A program made the position numbers and the translations under genes. This document shows, in pieces, positions 25,274 to 34,041 of a DNA stretch of 34,041 nt; the first letter of the stretch is position 1, and the number at the start of each line of letters is the position of its first letter. The stretch lies in contig JAPLHK010000094.1 in assembly GCA_026389715.1 (NCBI GenBank), positions 21,129-55,169 of the forward strand, given 5' to 3'. The stretch is from Chloroflexota bacterium (GTDB lineage: Bacteria; Chloroflexota; Dehalococcoidia; GIF9; UBA5629). Under the pieces are notes generated by a model. That model was not told the DNA's origin. It was given only the letters and a program-made list of their open reading frames with translations, and made no database searches.

Positions 25274-27660
25274 TGCGGCGTCCTGGCTATTATCGAGTCC
25301 TGGATATTGCGGTCCAGGTCGATAAAGTAGGCAGCGAAGCCGGCCACCCTGACCATCAGTGTGGGGTACTTTTCAGGATGCTCCTGCGCATCCTCCAGCG
25401 TCTCCCTGTTTACAGTGGAGAACTGAATATGGTGTATGCCCATATCGGCAAATGTCTTAAGGTACTGCGCGAAGACCCCGGCATTATGCCCCACCAAAAA
25501 CTGCGGCATGAAGCTCTGGTTGAAGAGGTGGTTCCAGCTTATCAGCGGGTCCACCTTGGCCACGGAGCGCAGCACTGCGGTCGGACCCTTCTTGTCGCGC
25601 CCGGCCATGGGCGAGATAGTCCCATCGTTGAAGGGGTCGCCCAGCATCCGGCCGTCCGCGGTCGCGCCGCAGACCCTGCCAAAGCTCCACCAGGCAGTCG
25701 CAGCCGTCCCGTCAACATGCACCGAGGTGCCCCAGTTGGTCTTGCACTTAGCGGTCTCCTCCTCGATGCGTCGAGCTACGTCACGGGAGGTCAGATCGGC
25801 ATAATCGTCATCATTGCCAAACTTGGGAGCGCGCAGGCACATCTGCCTTATCTCCTCGAAGCCTTTCCAGTTGTTTTTGAGCGCATCCACGAGTTGCTTC
25901 ATGGTAACCTTCTTATCGTCGAAAACCACCTTTTTGACCGCGGTCAGCGAATCCGCCACAGTGTTGAGGCCGAAAAGCGTCACATCGCGATAATCGGGCA
26001 TATAGTTCCAATCTCGCACGTCCTGCGCCCTGCTGATGCAGTCGTCAATGACCGAGGACAGGAAGGGACGAGGCGCCCACTCTTTATAGAGGGCGTCGGC
26101 GATGTTGGCGATGCGCACCAGCCGGTGTATGACCAGCCGGTAGTTCTCCATGGTGGCATCGAAAAGTTCATCCATCGAGGTTATTTTCTCGGGATCAAGC
26201 ACCTTATTGCCCGCCTTCTTGTAGATAGCCAGCGGGTCGATGCCCAGCGCCTGGTTGAGACAGAGGGGAGCGGGCACGCCGCTAGCCCAGGCGGAAATAT
26301 GGCTGAAGTTCTTGCCCGGTATGGTGGGCACCATACAGTTATTGATGGAGTAGTTGCGCGCATCCTCGAGCGGGGTGCCCAGGTTGACCAGCCTCAACAC
26401 CACGACCTTGTCATTGAATATGGCCGGCTGTGGCATGCCTGACGCCAGGCATTCAATGGCCTTGTCCACCAGCTTCGGGGGTATGCCATCATGCCAGCGC
26501 AGGGCCAGCGGCGGGACGATGGCGCGCACGGTCATGGTAGCATCGAGTATGATAAAGCTCATCTCGTTGGTTACATCACTGCCTTTAGAATCGACGCCGC
26601 CGATCGTCACGGTCTGGAAACCCAGCGCGCCTCCGCCAAAGCCGGACCAGATAGGCGCATGCAAGAAGCCTGTCTCCTGAAATTTCACAAAGAGGAACTC
26701 CACCAGCTCCTGGGCAGATTCGCGGGTAGTTTTGCCGGCGGCCAAATCTTTCTCATAGAAGGGGTTGAAGACAACATCGAATCTTATACCGGAGCCTACC
26801 TGCGGCATCTCCAGGAAATTCACCACCAGATGGATGAACCAGTATGACTGGATCGCCTCGTGTAGTGTACGCGCGGGTTCCTCGGGCACGCGGTCGCAGA
26901 CATCAGCAATATTCTCGAGTTCCACCTTGCGCAGCACCTCTTTCTCGGATTTGGCCAGACTGCGCGCCAGTGCCGCATACCGCTTGGACCACCTGCTGAC
27001 GGCCTCCAGCGTGATGATAGCGCCCTGCAGGAAATCCTTCTTTTTTACGAAATCAATGCCGTTGATAGTCTCTGCCATATATTCTTCATCGAGCTTTTTG
27101 AGGCGCTCCCTGGCTTCCTCCAGGACGCCTTTCAGCCCGATGGACAGTATCTTATCGTAGTTGGGCGTGGCCGACTCCCAGTTGAATATCCAGAATTGCT
27201 CGGCAAGCTCCTTTGTCAGGTACTTCTTGGCCATGTGGTGAATGGAGCGGTCGCCCCAGTATTCACCTATCTCCTTGAGTTCCTTCCTGCCCTCATCGGT
27301 GAGCATGCTGGCGTAAACCTGGCCGGGGGCGGTTTCCCTGGCTATCCACTTCCAGGCAAGCTCGGGATAGAAGGGTACGGAATCGCTGTTGGACGCGTAG
27401 TTGCCCACGATCATTTCGTCCGGCCGGATATAAATTGTCATGTTATCGAGAAGGTGCGCCAGCGCCCGTGCGCGGCGCAGAGAAATGGGCTGCCCCTCGG
27501 TCTGTTTATAGGATTGGGTTACCAACCTAGCACGCTCCAGGTCCAGCGACCAGATAAAGCCCGGCCTGGTTGCCCTGGCATCAGCACTGAGCGCCTCAAG
27601 TGCCACCTGCTGCGCCTTGATAGGCGTCTTCACCATTAACTCCTGCGTTCTGGTTGTCAT
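25264..27660 (-). CDS. Glycyl radical enzyme of unknown function
   Basis: Gly loop MVRVAGFAAYF, Cys loop SINNCMVP, PKFGNDD and ATADGR; AGGAGG RBS; activase adjacent. Confidence 0.92.
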   Translation of the reverse strand: MTTRTQELMVKTPIKAQQVALEALSADARATRPGFIWSLDLERARLVTQSYKQTEGQPISLRRARALAHLLDNMTIYIRPDEMIVGNYASNSDSVPFYPELAWKWIARETAPGQVYASMLTDEGRKELKEIGEYWGDRSIHHMAKKYLTKELAEQFWIFNWESATPNYDKILSIGLKGVLEEARERLKKLDEEYMAETINGIDFVKKKDFLQGAIITLEAVSRWSKRYAALARSLAKSEKEVLRKVELENIADVCDRVPEEPARTLHEAIQSYWFIHLVVNFLEMPQVGSGIRFDVVFNPFYEKDLAAGKTTRESAQELVEFLFVKFQETGFLHAPIWSGFGGGALGFQTVTIGGVDSKGSDVTNEMSFIILDATMTVRAIVPPLALRWHDGIPPKLVDKAIECLASGMPQPAIFNDKVVVLRLVNLGTPLEDARNYSINNCMVPTIPGKNFSHISAWASGVPAPLCLNQALGIDPLAIYKKAGNKVLDPEKITSMDELFDATMENYRLVIHRLVRIANIADALYKEWAPRPFLSSVIDDCISRAQDVRDWNYMPDYRDVTLFGLNTVADSLTAVKKVVFDDKKVTMKQLVDALKNNWKGFEEIRQMCLRAPKFGNDDDYADLTSRDVARRIEEETAKCKTNWGTSVHVDGTAATAWWSFGRVCGATADGRMLGDPFNDGTISPMAGRDKKGPTAVLRSVAKVDPLISWNHLFNQSFMPQFLVGHNAGVFAQYLKTFADMGIHHIQFSTVNRETLEDAQEHPEKYPTLMVRVAGFAAYFIDLDRNIQDSIIARTPQCF

Positions 27661-27698
27661 ATTAAGCCTCCTAAATTAGACCTCTATCATTAACTGTA

Positions 27699-30344
27699 TC
27701 ACACCCTGATGGACAGGTCATCCAGCGGGTAGCTCATACAGGGATGGATATAGCCGAATTTTTGGTCGGCCTGGCGGTAATGCACGCGGGCCGGGGCAAA
27801 GACCTTACCAGATATCAGCCTGGTGCGGCAGGCCGTGCATTCTCCCGACCGGCATACGGCGGGGACCACGATGCCGGCACGTTCAAGCGAGTTCATCAGC
27901 GGCTCACCGGCTTTAGCCTTGACCTTCTTCCCGCTCCTAACCTCGGTAATCACGAACTCCTTTGAGGCCTGTATACCCGGCCAGGCCGGGTCTTTAGTAA
28001 CATCCTGAGGCGGACCGTAGGCCTCCTGTTTCCGGCGCCTGGCCGGTACGCCCAGCTTGACCAACGCTGCTCCGCAAAGCTCGTACATCAGAGCCGGGCC
28101 GCAGGTAAACACCGTCTTGCCCCTGAGATCTCCTGACAGCGAGAATATGACCTTGTCATCAAGTAAGCCTGTGGCTCCTTTCCAGCCGGATGGAGGCTCA
28201 CTTATCACGTAATCAACTTTTATATTCTTGTGCTTGCCTGCAAGCTGCTGTAATTCTTTATCAAAGATTATGTCGTCCGGCGTGCGGCTGCCGTAAATGA
28301 GGTGGATATTCAATTTGGACTTTTTCTCCACCATTTCACGGATGATGGACATGAAAGGCGCGGCGCCGCTGCCGCCGGCCAAAAAGACGAGGTCGGTAGA
28401 ATCGATCAGAGGCTCATAGTAGAAATAGCCGCTGGGGCCAGTCGATTCGAAGCTGTCGCCCACCTTGACCTTATCGAGCAGGTAGGACGATACAAATCCA
28501 CCCCCTACCCTGCGTACTGTAATATCATAGTAAGACTTGCCGGGCGCCGAGGAGATGCTATAGGGACGCGAGGTCTTCACGCCACCGATATCCACAAAAA
28601 GGTTGATGTATTGCCCGGCGCGGAACCATGGTAGCTTGCCGTCTTTTGATTCCAGCCTGAAGGTCTTGGCGCTGGCCGTTTCTTTAATGATCTCTTTAAC
28701 TTTCAGCTTCAGCCTACGCGGGTGAATCGCGGCAACAGCCTTTTCCTGCGGGGTAATGGTGTCCTTGAGCTCCCCTGGCTTTACCTTCTGCTTTTCCAGT
28801 GTATCCTTGATGCCGGGTATCACCTCGGTATCCCAGGAGCCCTTCTCCATGTCCTTCAGCACCTCGCGTGAAGCCATGGCACCTGTGGCAATGCAGGTCT
28901 CAAAGCCGCCGCCGATATTCACCCAAGCGTTGGCAAAGTAAAGACCTTCCAACGGGCCCCTCATGGGCATATGCAGAAAACCCGTGCCGGTAAAGTTCTC
29001 GTCGAACCCGATGATGCTGCCGCGCGGGTTTCCCGTGTAGCGCATGTTGGTCAGCGGCGTGGCTATCTCGATCACCTCGATATGGTCCCTCAAGCCGGGG
29101 GCCGCCTTTTCCGCCAACTTAAGTGAATTTTGGGCCATCCTATTCTTGGCCTCAACATATTCCGATGGGGATAGTTTCAACCAGTGATCGTCGTAGGCAA
29201 TCTGGGTAACTACCACCGAGGCCGTTCCTTTGGGCGATACGGTTGGGTCGACCACATTGTATGCCACCACTAGGTTGAAATCCGGCCCGACATGGACCGA
29301 GTGAAGCCCCTGCTCGTACTGCATGTCCAGGTCATAACTTGTGTTAACAAAATTCTCGTGGACGTTCAGCCCGACCTCCTGGCACGCGCAATCCAGGCCC
29401 AGGTATATGTTGAAGGTGCTGGCGCCGCCGGTCCAGCCACCCAAACGGTTGAGGTACCAGCCCGGCATGTTATCCCGGCCGATCAGTTCAAGCGCAGTGG
29501 TGACGGGGTTGGCGCTGCAGACGACGTGCTGAGTGGCTATCTCGGTGCCGTCCTCGGTCAGCACACCGCGCACTTTGCCGTCTTTAACTAAAATCTTCTT
29601 TGCGCCGTTGCTGAACCAGGCCTCGCCTCCGTAGGATTCCATGGTAGCTATGAACGCCTGCGAAAGGTTCTGCGAGGTCCCCCTGACATGGGCCGCACCG
29701 AACCTGATGTAGCTGACCAGCGTGATGGCATACATAAGGAATGCTACCTTTGAAGGGGGCTGTGCCAAATAGCCCCAGAGCTGGCCTATGACGGCGCGTG
29801 CCTTCTCATCTGAGACCATGGGGTTGAGGACCTCGGAGAGCGTCTTACCGAAGTAGGCCATCAGTTCGGGGTACTCGGAAGAGTTCTGCATCACGGCTTT
29901 CATACCTACCCGCTGGGCTTTCATGGCCTGGCGGGCAAATTCGAAAATGGTCTGCGTAAACTTCTTTATGCCGTCAGCCTCCCTGGGAAACTGGTTGCAG
30001 AGAGCGTCCTCGTAGTTCTGCCTGCCAATGGGCACCTCAATAGTAAAGTCAGGGAAGATGCTGCGGTAAAAGTCTGGGATATGCAGGATGTCTACCCTGT
30101 CCGAAACGCCGCTATCATGCAATATCTTCCAGACGGACCCCTTGTCTGTTTCGGTCCCATACCCGGAAAGCTGGTGCAGGGCTATCTCGAATTCGAAACG
30201 ACCCCTGAGGAACGAGGTGGCATAGCCGCCCGGCACGTTATGTTTCTCCAGGACAACCACCTTTTTACCGGCCTTGGCCAGGTAGGTTGCCGCGGATAAT
30301 CCACCCAATCCCGCCCCTACGACAACGGCATCAAAGTCCTTCAC
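27699..30344 (-). CDS. Phytoene desaturase/retinol saturase-like (COG1233) FAD oxidoreductase fused to FNR-type reductase and [2Fe-2S] ferredoxin domains
   Basis: The N-part has VVGAGLGG, EKHNVPGG and ATPLT. The C-part has RAGQY, RPYSISS, AGGSG, CGP and CRSGECTAC...C. GTG start with GGAGG RBS. Confidence 0.85.
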   Translation of the reverse strand: MKDFDAVVVGAGLGGLSAATYLAKAGKKVVVLEKHNVPGGYATSFLRGRFEFEIALHQLSGYGTETDKGSVWKILHDSGVSDRVDILHIPDFYRSIFPDFTIEVPIGRQNYEDALCNQFPREADGIKKFTQTIFEFARQAMKAQRVGMKAVMQNSSEYPELMAYFGKTLSEVLNPMVSDEKARAVIGQLWGYLAQPPSKVAFLMYAITLVSYIRFGAAHVRGTSQNLSQAFIATMESYGGEAWFSNGAKKILVKDGKVRGVLTEDGTEIATQHVVCSANPVTTALELIGRDNMPGWYLNRLGGWTGGASTFNIYLGLDCACQEVGLNVHENFVNTSYDLDMQYEQGLHSVHVGPDFNLVVAYNVVDPTVSPKGTASVVVTQIAYDDHWLKLSPSEYVEAKNRMAQNSLKLAEKAAPGLRDHIEVIEIATPLTNMRYTGNPRGSIIGFDENFTGTGFLHMPMRGPLEGLYFANAWVNIGGGFETCIATGAMASREVLKDMEKGSWDTEVIPGIKDTLEKQKVKPGELKDTITPQEKAVAAIHPRRLKLKVKEIIKETASAKTFRLESKDGKLPWFRAGQYINLFVDIGGVKTSRPYSISSAPGKSYYDITVRRVGGGFVSSYLLDKVKVGDSFESTGPSGYFYYEPLIDSTDLVFLAGGSGAAPFMSIIREMVEKKSKLNIHLIYGSRTPDDIIFDKELQQLAGKHKNIKVDYVISEPPSGWKGATGLLDDKVIFSLSGDLRGKTVFTCGPALMYELCGAALVKLGVPARRRKQEAYGPPQDVTKDPAWPGIQASKEFVITEVRSGKKVKAKAGEPLMNSLERAGIVVPAVCRSGECTACRTRLISGKVFAPARVHYRQADQKFGYIHPCMSYPLDDLSIRV

Positions 30345-30402
30345 CTTTTGTAACCTCCTTATTCATGTGTAAGATATTTATTATATCCAAATTGCGACGC
30401 AC

Positions 30403-30438
30403 AGATTGCCGCGGCCACTGCGGCGGCCTCGCAATGAC
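30403..30438. repeat. Half copy of the REP-like element seen at 13512
   Basis: The reverse complement GTCATTGCGAGGCCGCCGCAGTGGCCGCGGCAATCT matches the first arm GTCATTGCGAGG...GCCGCGGCAATCT of the 13512 element. Confidence 0.7.
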
Positions 30439-30445
30439 AGTATGC

Positions 30446-31186
30446 TCAGCGTCCCTTGAACTGCGGTAAGCGTTTATTGCGGAAAGAGTCCAGCCCTTCC
30501 CGGAAATCCTCGCTGCCCATCAGGAACTTCTGCGCATAAGTCTCGAAGTAAAGCTGCTGTTCAAGGGTATTGATCAGGCCGTTTTGCACAGCGCGTTTAA
30601 TTTGCTTGAGCGCCAGCGGCGGGCCCTGTACTATCCTGTTGGCCAGCGCTTCGGCCTCCTCCATCAGCTTCTCATGCGGCACAACCCGGTTTACCATGCC
30701 GATACGCTCGGCTTCGCGTGCATCGATGGAATCGCCGGTGTACATGTATTCGTAGCAGCGCCCGGTGCCCAGCAGCCGCGGCATCAGGAAGGTACATCCG
30801 CAGTCCGGTATCAGACCCCGCATCACGAAAGCCAGGTTAAAGATCGCTCTTTCGGAGGCGATGCGTATATCAGAGAGCAGGGCGAGGGATACACCACCAC
30901 CCGCCGCCACACCGTTGACGGCAGCGATGACCTCAAGTGTTTCCTGGAGCTTTCCCTCCTCCGCTGCCTGGTTAAAGAGCACTATATCGGCACCGGTGCA
31001 GAAGCCCTTGCCCGCGCCGGTGATGATAAGGGCTCGAACCTCATCATCCTCCTGTATCTCGCGAAAGATACGCGGCATCAGTTCGTTGCTTATCTCCGCC
31101 GTCAGGGCGTTCAGCCTTTGCGGCCGGTTCATGGTCAGGATGGCAACGCGGTTTTTTTTCTCAAGTATCAGGCCTTCATATTCCAT
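30446..31186 (-). CDS. Enoyl-CoA hydratase/isomerase family protein (PaaG-like), apparently with an internal deletion
   Basis: NRPQRLNAL, FCTGAD, AAVNGVAAGGG, GLIPDCG and SEDFREG; the KP normally found before VIAAVNG is missing. Confidence 0.8.
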   Translation of the reverse strand: MEYEGLILEKKNRVAILTMNRPQRLNALTAEISNELMPRIFREIQEDDEVRALIITGAGKGFCTGADIVLFNQAAEEGKLQETLEVIAAVNGVAAGGGVSLALLSDIRIASERAIFNLAFVMRGLIPDCGCTFLMPRLLGTGRCYEYMYTGDSIDAREAERIGMVNRVVPHEKLMEEAEALANRIVQGPPLALKQIKRAVQNGLINTLEQQLYFETYAQKFLMGSEDFREGLDSFRNKRLPQFKGR

Positions 31187-31242
31187 ACGGTTATCCTTGT
31201 CATATTACTCAATCTGACATGACCGGGGTTGGTTGCCCGCCC

Positions 31243-32385
31243 TCAGGCCTTTATGGTCAACCCGGCGGGGAACTTCTCCCCCAGTATCTTTACGGCTCCG
31301 CCGATAATGTCGTCCATGACTTCCTGTGTGCTCCTGACCTTCTTGATCAGCCCGGTAACCTGTCCGGCGAACATGGGGAAGTACTCCGTCTCGCCCTTTT
31401 CCATCATGCCCTGCACCAGATCTGCCATCAGCATGCTCTGCAATGGCATGGGCAACGTCTTAAGCCCCGATTTCTCCCAGGCCTCATCAAGTTTGTTCTT
31501 AAAAGCGCGCGTGGTCTTGCCGCTGTAAATCCGGGTTATCTGTTCCGCTTCCTCGTCCGAATCGATCAGCTTGCGGTAATAGGCGTCAATAGTCGCCCTA
31601 TTTAGCATGCCGAGCTCGACGAAGTCCACGAAGCATTCATGGGTGGCCAGAAAAGCGGTCCCGCACCAGGCGCCGATAGCCCCCAGTGCCAGCGCAGCTA
31701 CCAGGCCACGTCCGTCAGCTATCCCGCCGGCAGCCACCACAGGGGTGGGGGCAACGGCGTCGACAACCTGCGGGACAAGCGCGAAGGTGCCGATCCTGCC
31801 TGTATGTCCGCCAGCGTCATGTCCCTGGGCAATGATGATATCCGCACCCATCTTTTTAAGCTTGACCGAGTTGCGCACGTTGCCGCACAAAGACACGATC
31901 TTGATGCCGGCCTCGTGCGCCTCGGGGATGAGCCAGTCCGGTGTGCCGAGGCCGAGTGCAAAGAAAGGCACCTTCTCCTCTTTGACCACCTGGAACTGGC
32001 TGCGGCCGAACTCCTCAGAGATGGGCCATTCTTTCATACGGGCACCCTCCACCCCGAAATCCCTGGCCATCTTTTGAACAAATGCGGTATGCTCGGGAGG
32101 TATATATTCTTTTATCTTGCCCAGGTCGAAGTCTTTCGGAATGGCCGCGGGGAGCAGGATATCCACGCCGAAAGGCTTGTCTGTCAGTTCACGCGTTTTG
32201 CGTATCCAGGACCGCAATTCGTCGGGCCACAGGAAAGTGGCGCCCAGCATCCCCAGTCCTCCGGCATTGGAGACGGCTGCCGTGAGCGTGTAGCCACCTG
32301 CCGTGCCCATGCCGGCCAGCATCACCGGATACTCGGCACCGAGCATATCGCACAGCGCGGTGCGGAAGACAGGGCGTTTATTCAT
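31243..32385 (-). CDS. Nitronate monooxygenase / FabK-like FMN-dependent oxidoreductase
   Basis: LAGMG, AAVSNAGGLG, DAGGHTG, AAGGIADGRG and GTAFL. Confidence 0.85.
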   Translation of the reverse strand: MNKRPVFRTALCDMLGAEYPVMLAGMGTAGGYTLTAAVSNAGGLGMLGATFLWPDELRSWIRKTRELTDKPFGVDILLPAAIPKDFDLGKIKEYIPPEHTAFVQKMARDFGVEGARMKEWPISEEFGRSQFQVVKEEKVPFFALGLGTPDWLIPEAHEAGIKIVSLCGNVRNSVKLKKMGADIIIAQGHDAGGHTGRIGTFALVPQVVDAVAPTPVVAAGGIADGRGLVAALALGAIGAWCGTAFLATHECFVDFVELGMLNRATIDAYYRKLIDSDEEAEQITRIYSGKTTRAFKNKLDEAWEKSGLKTLPMPLQSMLMADLVQGMMEKGETEYFPMFAGQVTGLIKKVRSTQEVMDDIIGGAVKILGEKFPAGLTIKA

Positions 32386-32400
32386 TTCTCTCCTTAATGG

Positions 32401-34041
32401 CTATTTGAACTTACCGCTTAATATGGTTCTGATCTCCCTCTTGAGAATCTTCCCCACTGCGCTGGTGGGTAGCTGGTCGAAGAATTCTATGGTCTTGGGC
32501 ACCTTGTAGGGGGCAACCTTGCCCTTAAGGTACTCGATTATCCTGGCTTTCTCGGCGTCGCTTTTCTCTATGCCGGGCTTGAGAATGATGGCCGAGGCAA
32601 CTATCTCGGTCCCCGGCCTGTCGGGATTATGTATTCCCACAGTGGCACACATATCCACGTCCGGGTGCTCGCAGATTACATCATCCAATTCGCGGGTAAA
32701 CACCTTGAACCCCGAGACGTTGACCATGTCCTTTATCCGATCCACAATGGTTACGAACCCCTCATCATCCATCTTGCCCACGTCGCCCGTGTAGAACCAG
32801 CCGTTCCGCAGCGCGTTGGCCGTCTCGTCCGGTTTTCTGAAATAGCCCTTGGTGAATACCTGCGGCCCCCTCACAGCTATCTCGCCCGGCTCATTGAATG
32901 GCACTGGTTCACCGGTTGCGGGGTCAATGATTTTTATATCGGTATCGGGGAAGGGTATACCCACCGCACCCGGTATCTTCTTGCCATAGCGGGGATTGGC
33001 CGTTATGATCGGGCTGGTCTCGGTCAGGCCGTACACTTCCACCAGCTTGTTCTCACCTACAATTTTCTCAAAATCCTTGATATATTCGGGAGGGAACGGG
33101 GCGGCGCCGCTGGCGAAATACTGGACGTCGCTGAAATCATAGGCTTTGAAGCCCGGCTGTTTGATCAGCTCCAGGTAAACCGTCGGGACGTTGCCGATAA
33201 TACTCGGCCGGTGCTTCTTCATGGCCTTGATGATAAATTGCTGATCGCGCGGGTTGGGCACCGCGACCTGTGTGTTGGCCTTGGCAAATAGCGCCATGCA
33301 TATCACAAGTCCGGCAATATGAAATAGCGGGAACGCCGTCATACCGACCAACTCACCCATCGGGGCATCTAACCAGGTGTTTATCTGGAACATCTGTGAG
33401 GTCATGTTGCGGTGCGTCAGTTCCGCGCCCTTGGGCAGGCCGGTGGTACCGCCGGTGTACTGCATCACGCAGGTATCATCCATACTTACTTTTTCCGATA
33501 CAGGGTCGGCGGGCAGGCTCTTCATGACCTGCTTGAAATCGTATATTTCTATTCCCGGTATAGGCAGCACCTTGCCTGTGGGGATCTTCTTCAGCATTTT
33601 CCCCATGGTGGCCAGCACCGGGGAGAGGTAATCGGCGATGCCCGTAAATACAATGGCCTTAAGCTCCGTGCCTCCGATGCTCTTGATAATTCGCGGGTAA
33701 AGCGCATCGAGGGTCACCAGCACCTTGGCACCGGAATCCTTGAGCTGGTGGTTGAGCTCGTCAGCAGTGAGCAGCGGGCTGACGCCGGTGAGCACACAGC
33801 CTGCCTTCTGTATGCCGACCAGGCCGATGTAATAAGCAGGTAGATTGGGAAGGTTTATACCTACTGTATCGCCTTTCTTCAGACCGATCTTCTTGAGCAG
33901 GTTGGCGAAGCGGTTGGACATCTCGTCCATCTGCTTGAAAGTGAAGGGGGTGCCCATGTAGTACAGCGCCACGCGGTTGGGAAATCCCTTAAAGGCCGGC
34001 TCAATAGCCTCCCAGAACGTTTTATCTGGGTATTGCAGGTT
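32401..34041 (-). CDS. Long-chain-fatty-acid--CoA ligase (FadD-like), 5'-truncated by the window
   Basis: QYTGGTTGLPKG, YGLTETSP, IVDRIKDM and PTSAVGK. The frame stays open past 33972 to the window end (NLQYPDKTFWEA...). Confidence 0.9.
   Translation of the reverse strand, partial: NLQYPDKTFWEAIEPAFKGFPNRVALYYMGTPFTFKQMDEMSNRFANLLKKIGLKKGDTVGINLPNLPAYYIGLVGIQKAGCVLTGVSPLLTADELNHQLKDSGAKVLVTLDALYPRIIKSIGGTELKAIVFTGIADYLSPVLATMGKMLKKIPTGKVLPIPGIEIYDFKQVMKSLPADPVSEKVSMDDTCVMQYTGGTTGLPKGAELTHRNMTSQMFQINTWLDAPMGELVGMTAFPLFHIAGLVICMALFAKANTQVAVPNPRDQQFIIKAMKKHRPSIIGNVPTVYLELIKQPGFKAYDFSDVQYFASGAAPFPPEYIKDFEKIVGENKLVEVYGLTETSPIITANPRYGKKIPGAVGIPFPDTDIKIIDPATGEPVPFNEPGEIAVRGPQVFTKGYFRKPDETANALRNGWFYTGDVGKMDDEGFVTIVDRIKDMVNVSGFKVFTRELDDVICEHPDVDMCATVGIHNPDRPGTEIVASAIILKPGIEKSDAEKARIIEYLKGKVAPYKVPKTIEFFDQLPTSAVGKILKREIRTILSGKFK

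Noticed and set aside
25378-26442. Long + strand ORF of 354 aa, and similar ORFs such as 18474..19139, 21879..22553, 30584..31222, 31639..32397 and 32629..33291
   Set aside because: They lie antisense to well-supported genes and show no recognisable motifs; they are the shadow ORFs expected from GC-biased codon usage.
25264-27660. Calling the GRE pflB, cutC, bssA or assA
   Set aside because: It has no CC pair, no CxE motif, no evident fumarate-binding Arg and no small subunits, so a gene symbol would overstate the evidence.

Overview
A gene-dense bacterial catabolic region, probably from an anaerobe. The gene content suggests Dehalococcoidia/Chloroflexota or Desulfobacterota, but that is inference only. 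(1) A + strand sugar operon (GatZ/KbaZ-like epimerase fused to a PfkB kinase, then kdgK and eda) converges on a - strand unit: RraA-like aldolase, IlvD/Edd dehydratase, MFS transporter, extended SDR, Zn-dehydrogenase, MBL hydrolase and a LarA-family racemase. (2) A tandem array of seven paralogous acyl-CoA ligase loci follows: five intact, one frameshifted by a 41-bp tandem duplication and one collapsed to a 268-bp remnant. (3) rlmN lies back-to-back with an unannotated ~295-nt + strand unit that has its own promoter and terminator, dense predicted secondary structure and a 25-codon ORF. (4) A - strand cluster encodes an eighth acyl-CoA ligase (cut by the window end), a nitronate monooxygenase/FabK-like flavoprotein, a PaaG-type crotonase, a COG1233-FNR-[2Fe-2S] fusion, a glycyl radical enzyme with an atypical NNCMVP Cys loop, and its activase. 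I saw no tRNA, rRNA, CRISPR array or transposase. All calls come from reading motifs by eye; no searches or folding programs were run.
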